In this document: in pieces, positions 1-10,471 of the stretch | Layout: each line of letters opens with the position of its first letter | How positions within the stretch are numbered: the stretch's first letter is position 1 | Assembly (NCBI GenBank): GCA_964420805.1 | Contig: CAYQWK010000001.1 | Coordinates: 3,773-67,772 of the forward strand | DNA: 64,000 nucleotides | DNA from: an uncultured Bifidobacteriaceae bacterium | GTDB lineage: Bacteria; Verrucomicrobiota; Verrucomicrobiia; Limisphaerales; SIBH01 | Direction: 5' to 3' | The notes under the pieces: generated by a model | Told to the model about the DNA's origin: nothing | Seen by the model: only the letters and a program-made list of their open reading frames with translations | Databases searched by the model: none | Program-made: the position numbers and the translations under genes

Positions 1-389
1 TCGCCGCCGCTCACGCGCAAATCCACGGGTGCGGGCAGCGGGCCGACGGGCTGGCGGTCGGCGCGCACGGGAAAGCCCCAACCGGTGAGAACCGCCTTGT
101 CCTTGGTCTTGGACTCGGCGTGATTGGCGTATTGATTGAGGCCCAGTTCGAGGTCATCGACCAGCGGGGTCAAGGAGAGGTAAGCCGCCGTCAGGTCCGC
201 CTCGAGGCCGCCAATGACCGCCAGTTTGGTGGTGACCGCCTCGTGTTTGGCCTTGAGTTGGGCCGGGGTGGGATTGGCGGTGGTGAAGTCCGCCACGTCT
301 TTCGTCTTGTCGTGGATGGTGACGGCCAGTTCCACGACGCCTTCCTTGGTGCGTTTGGCAAGGCCAAGGGCGATGATATTGAGGGACAT
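1..389 (-). CDS. 5' part of a hypothetical protein (helical N-terminus leading toward a probable FN3-like domain); the ORF runs off the left window edge
   Basis: ATG at 389-387 (reverse strand). My own translation, MSLNIIALGLAKRTKEGVVELAVTIHDKTKDV...LTGWGFPVRADRQPVGPLPAPVDLRVSGG, stays open to position 1. It is absent from the ORF track because it has no stop in the window. The GF-P...P-PV-L linker parallels the entry into the FN3 domain of the 24562..25479 protein. Confidence 0.55.
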   Translation of the reverse strand, partial: MSLNIIALGLAKRTKEGVVELAVTIHDKTKDVADFTTANPTPAQLKAKHEAVTTKLAVIGGLEADLTAAYLSLTPLVDDLELGLNQYANHAESKTKDKAVLTGWGFPVRADRQPVGPLPAPVDLRVSGG

Positions 390-823
390 TTTCCTGCGAG
401 CTCCTGCAGCCGGGGCCGGGGCGATGGCGCCGTACAAAACACCGGGCGTCCCGTATTGGAGGGACGGATTCCGGTTGTAAAAGTATTGGTATGCCACCCT
501 GGCTCTGGCTTCTCTCTGTTGGCAATTGTCGAACTACTAAAATCTGCGTTGGAAAGCAAGAACTAATTTCGTCGGTTTTGATCGCACCACGACAGAACAA
601 TTTTCGTCAGCAATTCCCATTTTGGCGCGCGGCGTTCACGCCACTTCAACTCCCGCATCGGTCAACACGCGGAAAACTTGCGAGAACCGCCGGCAATTCC
701 GTTGTCGAAGCGATCTGAAGGTCGCGCTCCAAGTCAAAATGAGAATTGCTGTATTTTCGTTCAGGGTGAAATTTTCGGCCCAAGGCCAAATCACCGGAGA
801 TTCTTGAAAAATTGTCCCGAATT

Positions 824-897
824 GCCGCGTGAGGGCACGCGGCCTACGGAAAAGCCACGCCAAACCACGCCTTGCAGGCGGGCTGCCCTCAGCCGGC
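824..897 (+). repeat. REP-like double GC-hairpin element, copy A
   Basis: gccgcgtg-aggg-cacgcggc (824-843, perfect 8-bp stem), then a 34-nt spacer, then gcgggctg-ccct-cagccggc (878-897). A reverse-complement copy lies at 23842-23914 and a single-hairpin copy at 21225-21244. Confidence 0.85.
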
Positions 898-1349
898 GGA
901 GGTTTTGAAAGAGCCCCCCCGGCTATGCGGGCAGAAACGGCGCCGTTGAACTCTGTCCAGCCGCCGCGCAAGGGAAGGCAGGGCGCGGCAAGAGGAGAAT
1001 CCGCCCGGCGCACCCCTGCCCCGTCCCGGCCAAGGTACGCGCGCCGGGAATCCAGCCTGAACTCTGAAGCGGCATGGCCAAAAACAAGGCGCGGAACCCC
1101 AAGGTTCGGAAAAACTCCGTGGCGGCGCTCCCGCAATGCGTTGCCGATCAGGAAACAAGACCTTCCTCGCCAACCCCCGCCCGGAAAGATGGCGACCCTC
1201 TCCGGAAAATCCGCTCCGAATACCCTGTTTCGACCACGTTCACCGTTGAGGGGTTGGAACTCAGCCCCGAACCGGGCCAAGGCAGGCTGACCGGCCCGGG
1301 GAGATGCCTTGATCGGCTGAGAACCAGCCTTGGTTTGCGGAAAACCAGG

Positions 1350-1575
1350 GTAAGTTTCGACAAAACCAGGGTTACTTTTTCAAAAAGTAAGGGAAGATTT
1401 CCCAAGAGTTAGGGAACTTTTCAGAAAAGTAAGGCTACTTTCGGCAAAAGTAAGGGAACTTTTTCCAGAAGTAAGGGAAGTTTCGGCAAAAGTAAGGGAA
1501 GATTTCCGAAAAGTAAGGCTACTTTCAGCGGAAGTAAGGGAACTTTTCCCAAAAGTAAGGCTGGATTCCGCGCCC
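1350..1575. repeat. Tandem array with a 21-bp period (about 9 strict and 2 degenerate units)
   Basis: The landmark GTAAG/GTTAG occurs at 1387, 1408, 1429, 1450, 1471, 1492, 1513, 1534 and 1555, exactly 21 bp apart. Degenerate units lie at 1350 and 1371. Most units carry GGGAA-N3/4-TTCC. Confidence 0.9.
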
Positions 1576-1792
1576 GAGAGGCAACTTTTCCGGCCTCGCA
1601 GTGTGAAAATGCGCGGAAAAGGGCGAAAAACGGCCTGTTTTTCGGTTTGTCCTGTGATTTCCACCAATGACGTCGCCATCGCTGTGAAGCGGTGGTCCAT
1701 CCCCCTTGCGGTCAGGACGGCCACGCCTTTACAGGCGCGGCTACGGAGGCACGCCGCGTCCTGCTCACATGCTTGTGATGAGAAATGCAGGT

Positions 1793-4216
1793 TCAATCAT
1801 ACCGCAACTGTGCCGTCGCCGTGGTTCCAGTGTTCGCCGTCACGCGAATCCAATACGCGCCGAAGGCGGCCGGGAATTCATGCTCCACCGGCCGGCCCGG
1901 CGCGGCGACGAACTCGCGATACAACTTCCATTGCCCCGTGCCCGTGTAATCTGCCTCGACCCGGAACCGTACTGTCTGCGCGGCCCGGTGACTCAAGGTC
2001 ATTCGCCGCCGATCATAGCCCGCGATCAAATAAGGATCACTCGCCTCGCCGGCACGCACCAGTGTATCTGCCCAGGGTCCGCCGTTGCCGCGCGGTTTGC
2101 CAAGCTGCCAGAGATCGTCCACCGCGCCGAGCCCGAGCGCCACCCGACCGTCATCGGAACGCACCACGTGCGCGCCGGCCCGCGCGTCGGCGCGCACGCC
2201 GCTCAGGACGAGCAGGCCGCGCCAGGAGCAATAATCGTGAATGCCGCGGTTGTGCGTGGCCACCGGGCGGACCTTGACGAATCCACCCGCGTTCTCGGCC
2301 GGCAGTTCGTAGAATGTCCCGTGAGCATTGAACAAATCCCGCTCGGTACAAACCTCGCGGTCGATTCGCGCGCCATCGAGCGCCGCTTCGCCCTTGGGCA
2401 GCCGCCAGCGGTTGGTGCGCTCGTCGATGAACACCACCGAAGCCGCGTCCACGGACAACACGTTCGTCGGGATGGCGAAACTCTTGCGCGCCCAAGCCAC
2501 GGCATTCGTGTCCTGGCTCAGGCGCAGGTTCAACCCGGCGTCCATTTCGTAGAACCCGCCGCCATCGCCATCCGCCGCCGCGAAACCCAGCGTGCGCTTG
2601 TTGTCCCCGCGCGCGAACACCAGGCCCGTCGATGCCGCCTCGCCTGGACGCGCCAGCGGGTCGAAAATCTTCGCCGCACGGGCCGGGCGCGTGTCCTTGT
2701 TGCGATAATGGAACATGGCCGTGGCTTGCACACAGTCCTGCAAAGCCCGCACGCGAATCCACTCGCCGCGATCTGCCGGCTTGAACTCGCTCCACACGGC
2801 GCCATGCGGTGGCACTTCCACGCGCCCGAGTTCCCGCCACGCGCCGTCGCCTCGCGCGTCCGTTTCCAGCGCGAAGGTCACCGTCACGTCGCTCTCGTGC
2901 ATGAGACAAACCGAGCGATGATCGAATCCGGAGAAGAGGAAAGGATCGCCGGGCTTGTTTGCCTCCACGTCATCATTCAACCAGACCGCGCCGCGCCCGA
3001 GCGCCGGGCCAAACCGGTCGAGTTGCGCCGGCTCGATGAATTGGAGGTTCGATTGCGACTGCCCCGGGCCGTTGATGTTGCCTTTGGCCCGGCGCTTGTT
3101 CAGGAATTCGCTCTTCGCCGTGTCATCGCAGCCCAGCACCACGCGGTCGTTCCAGCGGCAGAAATACCCGATCACTTTAAAATGGCTCGATCGCGGCGCG
3201 ATTCCGAAAGCGCGCGCGGAGTTGAACGTGGCTGGAAACCGCCAGAACATCCCGTGCATCGTCATCAGCAAATCCTTTTCCCCAATCTCGCGGATGCGCG
3301 GCCACTCCGTGTTCCAGCCATGCGCGCCGTCGTAACAATGCGACGCCTTGGGCAGCCGCCAGGCGCGCCATTGCCCGCCATCGAGAGTCATCAGGATCAG
3401 CGAGCGGGCGTCCCATCCGATGCTCCAAACCGGGTCCAGGTCCGGCTGCGCGTTACCGAAGATGCCGCCCGGCCCCGAGACTTCGGTAAATTGGTTGCGT
3501 CGCACCAACTGCCAGTCCCCCTGCCCCCGCCATTCCGCCAGCGCGCCGGAGGGAATTGTCGGATCCACCAGCGCCTTGGCGCCCTGCTCTCCGTTGTTCG
3601 CATAGATCAGCCGGCCCTGCCCCATGTAAAACCCTTTCCCATGGTATCCCGGCAACCGCGACGACACCGTGGCCGGCCGCGTCTCCTCCGACTGGCCCGG
3701 CTTGACGCCGTTGCCGTCCTTGATCTGGCCGGTGACCTCCAGCGTGCGGACATTCACCTCATAGAGTCCTTCCTCCATCGTTGCGTAATAAACCTGGTTC
3801 GAGCCATCCGTCAGGTGCCGCGCGATGCCCGTCAACCGGCCCGGCATTTTCCGAGGGGGAATCACCCGCACGTTCCGGTTGGAATCGATCAAATACGGTC
3901 CGATGAGCAACTGACCGGACTCGCGATGAATCATCCGGCCCGCCGGCGTGCCGCCCACGCTTTCCGGCCGGACAATCTGTTCCAACTCCGGCGTGATCTC
4001 ATAAAGCTTGTCTGAGGACCCGAACGGCAGATGCGGTCCGTAAGTAATCGCCCAAAGCCGGCCTGCCCACGGCACCACCGCGCCTGTACCGCATTCCCCC
4101 TCGTTGTTGAACATGGCCAGAGACGGATAAATGCCGGAAACCGCCCGCGGCTCCGCCGCCATAAGCGACCATGAACCCGCCAACGCCAAGCCGAGATGAA
4201 GTAAGTATTGCTTCAT
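1793..4216 (-). CDS. Secreted hypothetical protein, 807 aa; family not recognised
   Basis: The 878-aa ORF is trimmed to the ATG at 4216, where MKQYLLHLGLALAGSWSLMAAEP reads as a signal peptide. The frame is long and non-repetitive, with ordinary amino-acid composition. Confidence 0.8.
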   Translation of the reverse strand: MKQYLLHLGLALAGSWSLMAAEPRAVSGIYPSLAMFNNEGECGTGAVVPWAGRLWAITYGPHLPFGSSDKLYEITPELEQIVRPESVGGTPAGRMIHRESGQLLIGPYLIDSNRNVRVIPPRKMPGRLTGIARHLTDGSNQVYYATMEEGLYEVNVRTLEVTGQIKDGNGVKPGQSEETRPATVSSRLPGYHGKGFYMGQGRLIYANNGEQGAKALVDPTIPSGALAEWRGQGDWQLVRRNQFTEVSGPGGIFGNAQPDLDPVWSIGWDARSLILMTLDGGQWRAWRLPKASHCYDGAHGWNTEWPRIREIGEKDLLMTMHGMFWRFPATFNSARAFGIAPRSSHFKVIGYFCRWNDRVVLGCDDTAKSEFLNKRRAKGNINGPGQSQSNLQFIEPAQLDRFGPALGRGAVWLNDDVEANKPGDPFLFSGFDHRSVCLMHESDVTVTFALETDARGDGAWRELGRVEVPPHGAVWSEFKPADRGEWIRVRALQDCVQATAMFHYRNKDTRPARAAKIFDPLARPGEAASTGLVFARGDNKRTLGFAAADGDGGGFYEMDAGLNLRLSQDTNAVAWARKSFAIPTNVLSVDAASVVFIDERTNRWRLPKGEAALDGARIDREVCTERDLFNAHGTFYELPAENAGGFVKVRPVATHNRGIHDYCSWRGLLVLSGVRADARAGAHVVRSDDGRVALGLGAVDDLWQLGKPRGNGGPWADTLVRAGEASDPYLIAGYDRRRMTLSHRAAQTVRFRVEADYTGTGQWKLYREFVAAPGRPVEHEFPAAFGAYWIRVTANTGTTATAQLRYD

Positions 4217-4605
4217 GTGAAAAATTTCTCCGCCCGTTTTCCCAGAACCACCCCCCCCGCGCAATACGCGAACCGCTGCAATGCGCATCGAAACCCGCCG
4301 TTGGGCAAGCAACCCCACCGGCGTTTCATCGGGAGGGCGAGCGTCCCAGAGTTGTTGGTGGGTTTTGTCGTGCTGCGACAAAACAAGCCCGCGTCCAGCG
4401 GGCGATCCGTGTCGTGCCAGGCGTGGCAAACGAGTTCAGGGATCCGATTGCGCCGCTGGACGCGGCGCGACTCGTCGCAGCGCGACGAGTCCCACCATTC
4501 AGAAGTGTGCATCGTGGAAGAAGGCGAGATGCCCCACGTGATCCCCGCCCCTTCTTTCTGCTGGTGCAACAACTTCCAGTCCGCTAATCCAAACCCATCC
4601 AAATT

Positions 4606-6021
4606 GTGAAACACACACTTTCCCGTCGCTCGTTCGTGAAGCGTACGGCCTTCGCGGCCAGCGTTTTCTCGGTCACCCCGTTCAACATCCTCAACGCCGC
4701 CAATGCCGGTGAGAAGGTCCGCTTTGTCCAGATCGGCTGCGGCGGGCGCGGCGCGTCCGCGCATCTGTCAGGCGCGCAGAACGAACATCTGGCTGGCATT
4801 GTGGATGTGGATGAAAACCGTCAGGGCGTGGTGAAGAAATGGTTCGAAGGCCGTGGCGGCAACGCCAACAACCTCGAAGTCTTCGCGGATTACCGGAAGA
4901 TGTTCGACAAGATCGGCAAGAACATCGACGCGGTGTTCATCGCCACACCGAACCATCATCACGCGCTGCCGTCGTTGATCGCCATGCAACTGGGCAAGCA
5001 TGTGTATTGCGAAAAGCCCGTTTGCCAGAACATCGGCGAAGCCCGCGCCATGCGCGCGCTGGCTGCGAAATCCAAGGTCGCCACACAAATGGGCAACCAG
5101 GGACATTGCGAAGACGGCTACCGCAAGTTGTGCGAGTACATCTGGGGCGGAGTGATCGGCAAGGTGAAGGAGACACACAGTTGGACCAACCGCGCCAATG
5201 GCGGCGAGGGTCCGCGTCCGCCGAAAGAACCCGCGCCCGCCGGATTGCATTGGGATGAATGGATCGGTCCGGCGCCTTACCGCGATTTCCACAGCGATCT
5301 ACACCCGCATTCCTGGCATGGCTGGTATGATTTCGGCAACGGCTCCATCGGCAACATGGGCTGCCACGTTCTCGACGGTGTTTATTGGGCATTAAAGATC
5401 GATCACCCCACCAGCGTGGAGGTCGAGACCATGCGCGGCGGGAGTAACGAACGGCTGCCCATGGGCAGCCGCGTGCGCTGGGATATCCCGGCCCGCGGTG
5501 ACATGCCGGAACTCAAGGTCTTCTGGTACGAAGGACTAAATCCGACCGCGACCGGCAAGCCCGATGGCAAACTGCGCGCCGCCAAGGGCGCCGACCGGCA
5601 TTTCCCGGAATTGCTCAAGGAACTGGTGAAGCAATATCCCGACGAAGGTCTCGACGCCGGCGATAGCGGCTCGCTCTACGTCGGCGACAAGGGAGCAATC
5701 TTCACCGGCACCTATGGCGACAAAATGCACATCGTGCCGTGGGAGAAGATGCGCGAAACCAAGGCGCCCGAGAAATCATTGCCGCGCCCGAAAAGCGTGT
5801 TCGTGGATTTTCTCGAAACCATCAAGGCCGGCAAGACGGAGACGGCAGTGCCCTTCGAGTATGGCACACGCCTCACCGAGTTCGCCATCCTTGGAAACCT
5901 CGCGATGAGGGCGGGTGCCGGGAAGAAGGTGATGTGGGACGGGGCGAACATGAAGGTGACCAATCACCCGGAATTGAATGCGTTCGTTTCGCGACCCGCT
6001 CGCGCAGGCTGGACGGCCTGA
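4606..6021 (+). CDS. Gfo/Idh/MocA-family oxidoreductase with a twin-arginine signal
   Basis: GTG start. MKHTLSRRSFVKRTAFAASVF is a TAT-type leader, and VRFVQIGCGGRG is a Rossmann GxGxxG motif. Overall resemblance to periplasmic Gfo/Idh/MocA enzymes. Confidence 0.9.
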   Translation: MKHTLSRRSFVKRTAFAASVFSVTPFNILNAANAGEKVRFVQIGCGGRGASAHLSGAQNEHLAGIVDVDENRQGVVKKWFEGRGGNANNLEVFADYRKMFDKIGKNIDAVFIATPNHHHALPSLIAMQLGKHVYCEKPVCQNIGEARAMRALAAKSKVATQMGNQGHCEDGYRKLCEYIWGGVIGKVKETHSWTNRANGGEGPRPPKEPAPAGLHWDEWIGPAPYRDFHSDLHPHSWHGWYDFGNGSIGNMGCHVLDGVYWALKIDHPTSVEVETMRGGSNERLPMGSRVRWDIPARGDMPELKVFWYEGLNPTATGKPDGKLRAAKGADRHFPELLKELVKQYPDEGLDAGDSGSLYVGDKGAIFTGTYGDKMHIVPWEKMRETKAPEKSLPRPKSVFVDFLETIKAGKTETAVPFEYGTRLTEFAILGNLAMRAGAGKKVMWDGANMKVTNHPELNAFVSRPARAGWTA

Positions 6022-6040
6022 ACAGTTCGCTGATTTTTCC

Positions 6041-6079
6041 AAGCCCGCAGTGTCCCGACGCTGCGGGCTTTTATTTTTG
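6041..6079 (+). terminator. Rho-independent terminator after the oxidoreductase gene
   Basis: aagcccgcag / ctgcgggctt form a perfect 10-bp stem (10-nt loop), followed by ttatttttgg. Confidence 0.75.
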
Positions 6080-6208
6080 GCAAGTGATCGGCAGCCTTTT
6101 GCATCGACTCCGAGCCCGGACACGGCTACATCAAGCCGCGTTGCTTGCGAGCCGTGGCAAGGTGCCTCCGGCCGGGAACAACAGGAAAACAACGACACAA
6201 GAATTCTC

Positions 6209-6883
6209 ATGAACAACCCAGTCCGCCCCCGTTCGTTCTTTTACCGCCACGCGGCGGCCGCACTTGCGCTCGGCCTGCTGGCCGCTCTCGCTCTGGAGGC
6301 TGGCGCCGCCAGCGTCCGACTCATCGAAACCTGGCGCGACCGGCGCTTCTGCGTGGTCGAAGACGGCGAACGGTTCTGCGACATCCTGACCCGCGGTTCC
6401 TTCCGCGTGATTGGCAGTTTCCCCTGGAGCGATCCGTCCCTGGCCACCAACATCACTGCCGAGACGGAATTCTCCTTCCTCTTTGGCAGCGCGGAACTGG
6501 CCTTCAGCCCGAGCGACGATCCGAAATGGAAACCGGGCAAGCGCGTCGTCACGCAAGTGTTCACCCATGAAAACGACAACGGCCGGACGGTGCGCGACGG
6601 CATCGCGATCCTTCGGTGGAACAAGAAGGGGTTCGTGATCAGCTACATTGGCAAATCCGGTGATGCACTGAATCCGATTGTGGCTGACGGTTTCTACACC
6701 TCTGAACCCGGCCCCATCTCGGACAACACCACCTTCGGTTTCGACGTGAGCCTGGGGACTTTCAACACGAACGGCCTGGTGCTCGTGACCGGCAACGTCG
6801 CGCAGAAAGTTGTCGGCTCGCCCGACGACCAGAACACGCTGACCGCCGTGGCCGTGAAGGGCAAAATCGCCCCCACGCCGTAG
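6209..6883 (+). CDS. Secreted hypothetical protein, 224 aa
   Basis: An in-frame ATG at 6209 gives MNNPVRPRSFFYRHAAAALALGLLAALALEAGAAS, which is signal-peptide-like. The upstream part of ORF 5978..6883 overlaps the terminator and is not credible. Confidence 0.6.
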   Translation: MNNPVRPRSFFYRHAAAALALGLLAALALEAGAASVRLIETWRDRRFCVVEDGERFCDILTRGSFRVIGSFPWSDPSLATNITAETEFSFLFGSAELAFSPSDDPKWKPGKRVVTQVFTHENDNGRTVRDGIAILRWNKKGFVISYIGKSGDALNPIVADGFYTSEPGPISDNTTFGFDVSLGTFNTNGLVLVTGNVAQKVVGSPDDQNTLTAVAVKGKIAPTP

Positions 6884-6943
6884 CACGGGAAATTTGCCCG
6901 GGCAGCGAGTGAACGAGTCGGCGAGGCGGAAAATCTCCGCTGA

Positions 6944-8863
6944 TCACTTTCCGCCGAAATCCCAGCGGCGCTTCTTTTCGCCGTCCAGCAATTCGATCCA
7001 GTCGAGTTCCAGCGGTTCTTCCTGCGCAGGGACGAAGAGGCGGAGAATGCCAGCCTTGTCACCGGGCGCGCGGATTTTCACGCCGACTTCAGCCCAGTCC
7101 CCCGCCTTCACGGCGAAGACAGCGGGTGAGGGCGCGTCTGCCGCTTCGGAATCGGGCGAGGGCAGCCACGCCACCTTGCCAGAACCGCCGTCGCAGCGGA
7201 TGCGGAACCTCAACCGCGCGTCCGCCCCAAGCTTTCCCGGAGCAAATCCGAGGAATGGCGCTTCGCCGGCACTGGTCACGACAAGCGCGCCATTGGTGAC
7301 CTGGACGGAACAACGCCGCGGCTTCCAGCCCTGCAAGGCGGGGTTGTTCTCATCGAGGCCCGCCGCCTTCGCGACCATAGTGCGTTTGGGTTTCTCCCGG
7401 CCTTCGAGTTCCGGCCGGTATTTCGCCGGATCGAAGGCGGGGTTCGGCACGGGCACCACGGCTTTGGTCGAAGAGAGGAATTGCGCGATCAACCCGTCGA
7501 GTTCGCCGACCAGATCGGGTTTGCGGGCAGCGAGGTTGCTCGTCTCACCCGGGTCCTCGCGCAGATTGAAGAGCAAATGCCGGTGCGCGCCATTTTCTCC
7601 GCCGTGAAAGATGCGGATGAGCTTCCAATCCCCACGATGCACGGAAACCGAGGGTGGCAGCCAGTCCGGCACGCTGGGGCTGTGGGGAAAATACTGGAAT
7701 AACGGACCGCGATCCATGGCCTCGCCCTTGAACGCGGCGAGCAGGTTCGTTCCGTCAAAAATCTGGCCGGGCGCAGGCGGAAGCCCGAGTCCTGCCAGCA
7801 AGGTCGGATAATAATCCTCGCTCTGCACCATCACCTCGCTGCGACCTCCGGGTTTCGTCACGCCGGGCCAGGCCACAACGCAGGGGACACGAGTGCCTCC
7901 CTCAAATAGCGTGGCCTTGCCGCCGCGCAACGGCCGGTTGCTGGTCGGCCGCGTACCGTCGATTTCATTGTACATGTTTCCGCCATTGTCGGAGGTGAAG
8001 ATGATGATCGTGTTGTCCGCCAACTTCAGGCGGTCGAGCGCGTCGAGAAGCCTTCCCACCGCATCGTCCATGCTCTCGACCATGGCCGCATATGTGGGGC
8101 TGCGCTGGGCGTCCGCAGGATCAACCCGCGCACGGTGTTTTTCGATCAGGGCCTTCTTGGCATCGAACGGCGCATGGACGCTGAACATCCAGTAATTCAA
8201 ATAGAACGGCTTTGTCCTGTTCTTCTCCATCCACGCGACGGCCTCCTTCGCCATTCTGTCCTCGATGTGCTGTTCCGGTTCGCCCGGGTCATGGTCGAAC
8301 CCCTTGAACTTCCACGGCGCGACATAGCTGCCAGCCGGCCCGGGCCCGGGATGATGCGGGATGTCCACGTCGAAGCCCTGTTGCAAGGGAGAATACGGAT
8401 CCGGCCCCAGATGCCATTTCCCGAAATGCCCGGTGGCGTATCCCGCCTCCTTCAATGTCTCGGCCAGGGTGCGGTATTCCGGCCTGAGCCGGGTTGGAGC
8501 GGCAGGCTGGACGACCTTCTGATCCGCTGCCGCCGCCCGCCCCACCGTGGCATCGAGGACGACGCGCGGCTCATGACCATTCGGAACGGTGATGCCGGTG
8601 CGCGCCGGACTCAGCCCGGTGAGAATCGCCGATCGCGTGGGAGAACAAAGCGGGCTGGCCGAGTAAGCGCGCGTGAAGGTAACACCGCGCTTCGCCAACC
8701 GGTCCAGGTTCGGCGTGCGATAGAACTTCGTGTGGCCATAGAGCGTTGTGTCAGCCCAACCGAGATCGTCGGCGAGAATGAACAAAAGATTGGGCTGGCG
8801 CGCCCCGACGGAGAAGGCGGCAGGCATCAGGCCCACGAACAACAGGCAGGCAAGGATTCTCAT
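6944..8863 (-). CDS. Sulfatase (arylsulfatase A family, formylglycine type) with an extra C-terminal beta-sandwich-like domain
   Basis: [21 protein letters not shown] is a signal peptide. [13 protein letters not shown] and [14 protein letters not shown] carry the C-x-P-x-R formylglycine motif. The ATG at 8863 is preferred over the TTG at 8872. Confidence 0.9.
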   Translation of the reverse strand: MRILACLLFVGLMPAAFSVGARQPNLLFILADDLGWADTTLYGHTKFYRTPNLDRLAKRGVTFTRAYSASPLCSPTRSAILTGLSPARTGITVPNGHEPRVVLDATVGRAAAADQKVVQPAAPTRLRPEYRTLAETLKEAGYATGHFGKWHLGPDPYSPLQQGFDVDIPHHPGPGPAGSYVAPWKFKGFDHDPGEPEQHIEDRMAKEAVAWMEKNRTKPFYLNYWMFSVHAPFDAKKALIEKHRARVDPADAQRSPTYAAMVESMDDAVGRLLDALDRLKLADNTIIIFTSDNGGNMYNEIDGTRPTSNRPLRGGKATLFEGGTRVPCVVAWPGVTKPGGRSEVMVQSEDYYPTLLAGLGLPPAPGQIFDGTNLLAAFKGEAMDRGPLFQYFPHSPSVPDWLPPSVSVHRGDWKLIRIFHGGENGAHRHLLFNLREDPGETSNLAARKPDLVGELDGLIAQFLSSTKAVVPVPNPAFDPAKYRPELEGREKPKRTMVAKAAGLDENNPALQGWKPRRCSVQVTNGALVVTSAGEAPFLGFAPGKLGADARLRFRIRCDGGSGKVAWLPSPDSEAADAPSPAVFAVKAGDWAEVGVKIRAPGDKAGILRLFVPAQEEPLELDWIELLDGEKKRRWDFGGK

Positions 8864-9085
8864 GTGTTGCAACGGAATGGAGAATCAGAAAGCCGGCTTC
8901 CGTTGGCCAGCGACTTTTCAGCGTTGGTTCCTGCATTCACTCCATCCTTGTCCGCTCGTGCTTGATCGAACAACCCCGGAGACGGCGTGAAGCGGCACCA
9001 GCAACCGCCGCCGGCTCCGTTTCATGCCATCACGATTCTTCACTCACTTTGAAACAACACCCCACCACCTTCGTCACATCCCGGC

Positions 9086-10471
9086 ATGAAACCTGGCCCG
9101 CAACTCAATCTGATCGAGTCCCCCGCCCTTTCGCGTCGCGTCTTCCTCAAGTCCACCTCGGCGCTGGCCGGGGCGTTTGCCGTGGCACCGACAATCATTC
9201 CTTCATCCGTTCTGGGAGCGGATGGCGCGGTCGCACCCAGCAACCGGATCAACATCGGTTTCATCGGCGTTGGCCGGCAGGCGACTTATGCCAACATTCC
9301 CGGCTTCCTTCGCGAACCGGACGCGCAATGCGTGGCGGTGTGCGACGTGGATTCATGGCGCATGGCGAACGCGAAGAAAGTCATCGAAGACGCCTACGCC
9401 AAGAGCAAACCGGCCGGCGCCTTCAATGGCTGCGCCCGGTTTCGCGACTGGCGCGAACTGCTCGCTCGCAAAGACATTGATGCCGTGATGATTTCCACGC
9501 CCGACCACTGGCACGTGCCAATGGCGGTGACGGCATTGCGCGCGGGCAAAGATGTGGCCTGCGAGAAACCGCTCACGCGCTGCATCGCCGAAGGGCGCTT
9601 AATGAGCGACACTGTCACGAAGACCGGGCGCGTGTTCCGCACCGACAGCGAATTCCGTTCGAGCAAGATCATGCACCGCGCGGCGCAACTGGTGCGCAAC
9701 GGAAAGATCGGGAAACTTGAACGCATCCTCACCGCCACGCCGAAAGACTCCACCCTGCCCGCGCAACCGGAAATGCCCGTGCCGGAGGAACTTGATTACG
9801 AGATGTGGCAAGGCCCCGCGCCGCTCCGGCCTTACACGCTCCAGCGCGTGCATCCGCGTCACGAGGCCAAGGGCCGGCCGGGATGGTTGTGCATCCGCGA
9901 TTACGCGGACGGCATGATGGCGAACTGGGGCGCGCACCTGAACGACATCGCTCTTTGGGGCGCGGGATTGGATCACACCGGACCGATGGAAATCGAAGGA
10001 ACCGGCAGCTATCCCGCGAAGGGCAACCTGTGGGACATCATCCAGGGATTCGACGTGACCTTCCTTTATGCCAACGGCGTGACACTGCGCTGTCGCACGG
10101 ACAAGCCGATGATTCGTTGGGAAGGAACCGAAGGCTGGATTCAGGTGAAATACCCAAGCGAGATCGAATCGAGCAACGAGGCGCTCCTGTCCTGGAATCC
10201 CGGGCCGAAGGACATTCATCTGCCTTACAAGACCTCCGAGAAACGCGATTTCCTGGACGCGGTGAAAAGCCGCCAGCAACCGCTTTACGATTGCGAAGCC
10301 GGCCACCGCAACAACTCGCTGGCGCACTTGAGCCTGATTGCCATCGACCTCGGCCGGAAGCTGAAGTGGGATCCCGCGAAGGAGACTTTCCCCGGCGACG
10401 CGGAGGCCAACGGGCGATTGAAGCCAATCACCTGGCGCGCGCCATGGGACAAGCTGCTCAAGGAAGTCTGA
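9086..10471 (+). CDS. Gfo/Idh/MocA-family oxidoreductase with a twin-arginine signal
   Basis: SRRVFLKSTSALAGAFAV is a TAT leader, IGFIGVGRQ is a Rossmann motif, and DAVMISTPDHWH is family-typical. Confidence 0.9.
   Translation: MKPGPQLNLIESPALSRRVFLKSTSALAGAFAVAPTIIPSSVLGADGAVAPSNRINIGFIGVGRQATYANIPGFLREPDAQCVAVCDVDSWRMANAKKVIEDAYAKSKPAGAFNGCARFRDWRELLARKDIDAVMISTPDHWHVPMAVTALRAGKDVACEKPLTRCIAEGRLMSDTVTKTGRVFRTDSEFRSSKIMHRAAQLVRNGKIGKLERILTATPKDSTLPAQPEMPVPEELDYEMWQGPAPLRPYTLQRVHPRHEAKGRPGWLCIRDYADGMMANWGAHLNDIALWGAGLDHTGPMEIEGTGSYPAKGNLWDIIQGFDVTFLYANGVTLRCRTDKPMIRWEGTEGWIQVKYPSEIESSNEALLSWNPGPKDIHLPYKTSEKRDFLDAVKSRQQPLYDCEAGHRNNSLAHLSLIAIDLGRKLKWDPAKETFPGDAEANGRLKPITWRAPWDKLLKEV

Noticed and set aside
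1350-1575. The tandem arrays (also 23950-24290 and 50960-51390) considered as CRISPR arrays
   Set aside because: The units are contiguous with no unique spacers. The unit lengths and degeneracy do not fit a repeat-spacer architecture, and no cas genes are present in the window.
1380-1796. A 138-aa minus-strand ORF translating the 21-bp array into SSLTFGK-type heptads
   Set aside because: It has a TTG start overlapping the upstream stop. The ORF ends exactly where a 16-nt unit breaks the frame. The non-repeat part is Cys/Arg-rich nonsense. I treat the array as non-coding DNA, although translation is not formally excluded.
1706-4015. A 769-aa plus-strand ORF overlapping the 807-aa minus-strand gene
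   Set aside because: This is a typical antisense shadow ORF of a high-GC gene. It is Arg/Ala/Pro-rich with no signal peptide, motif or sensible start context. The minus-strand frame has a signal peptide and normal composition.
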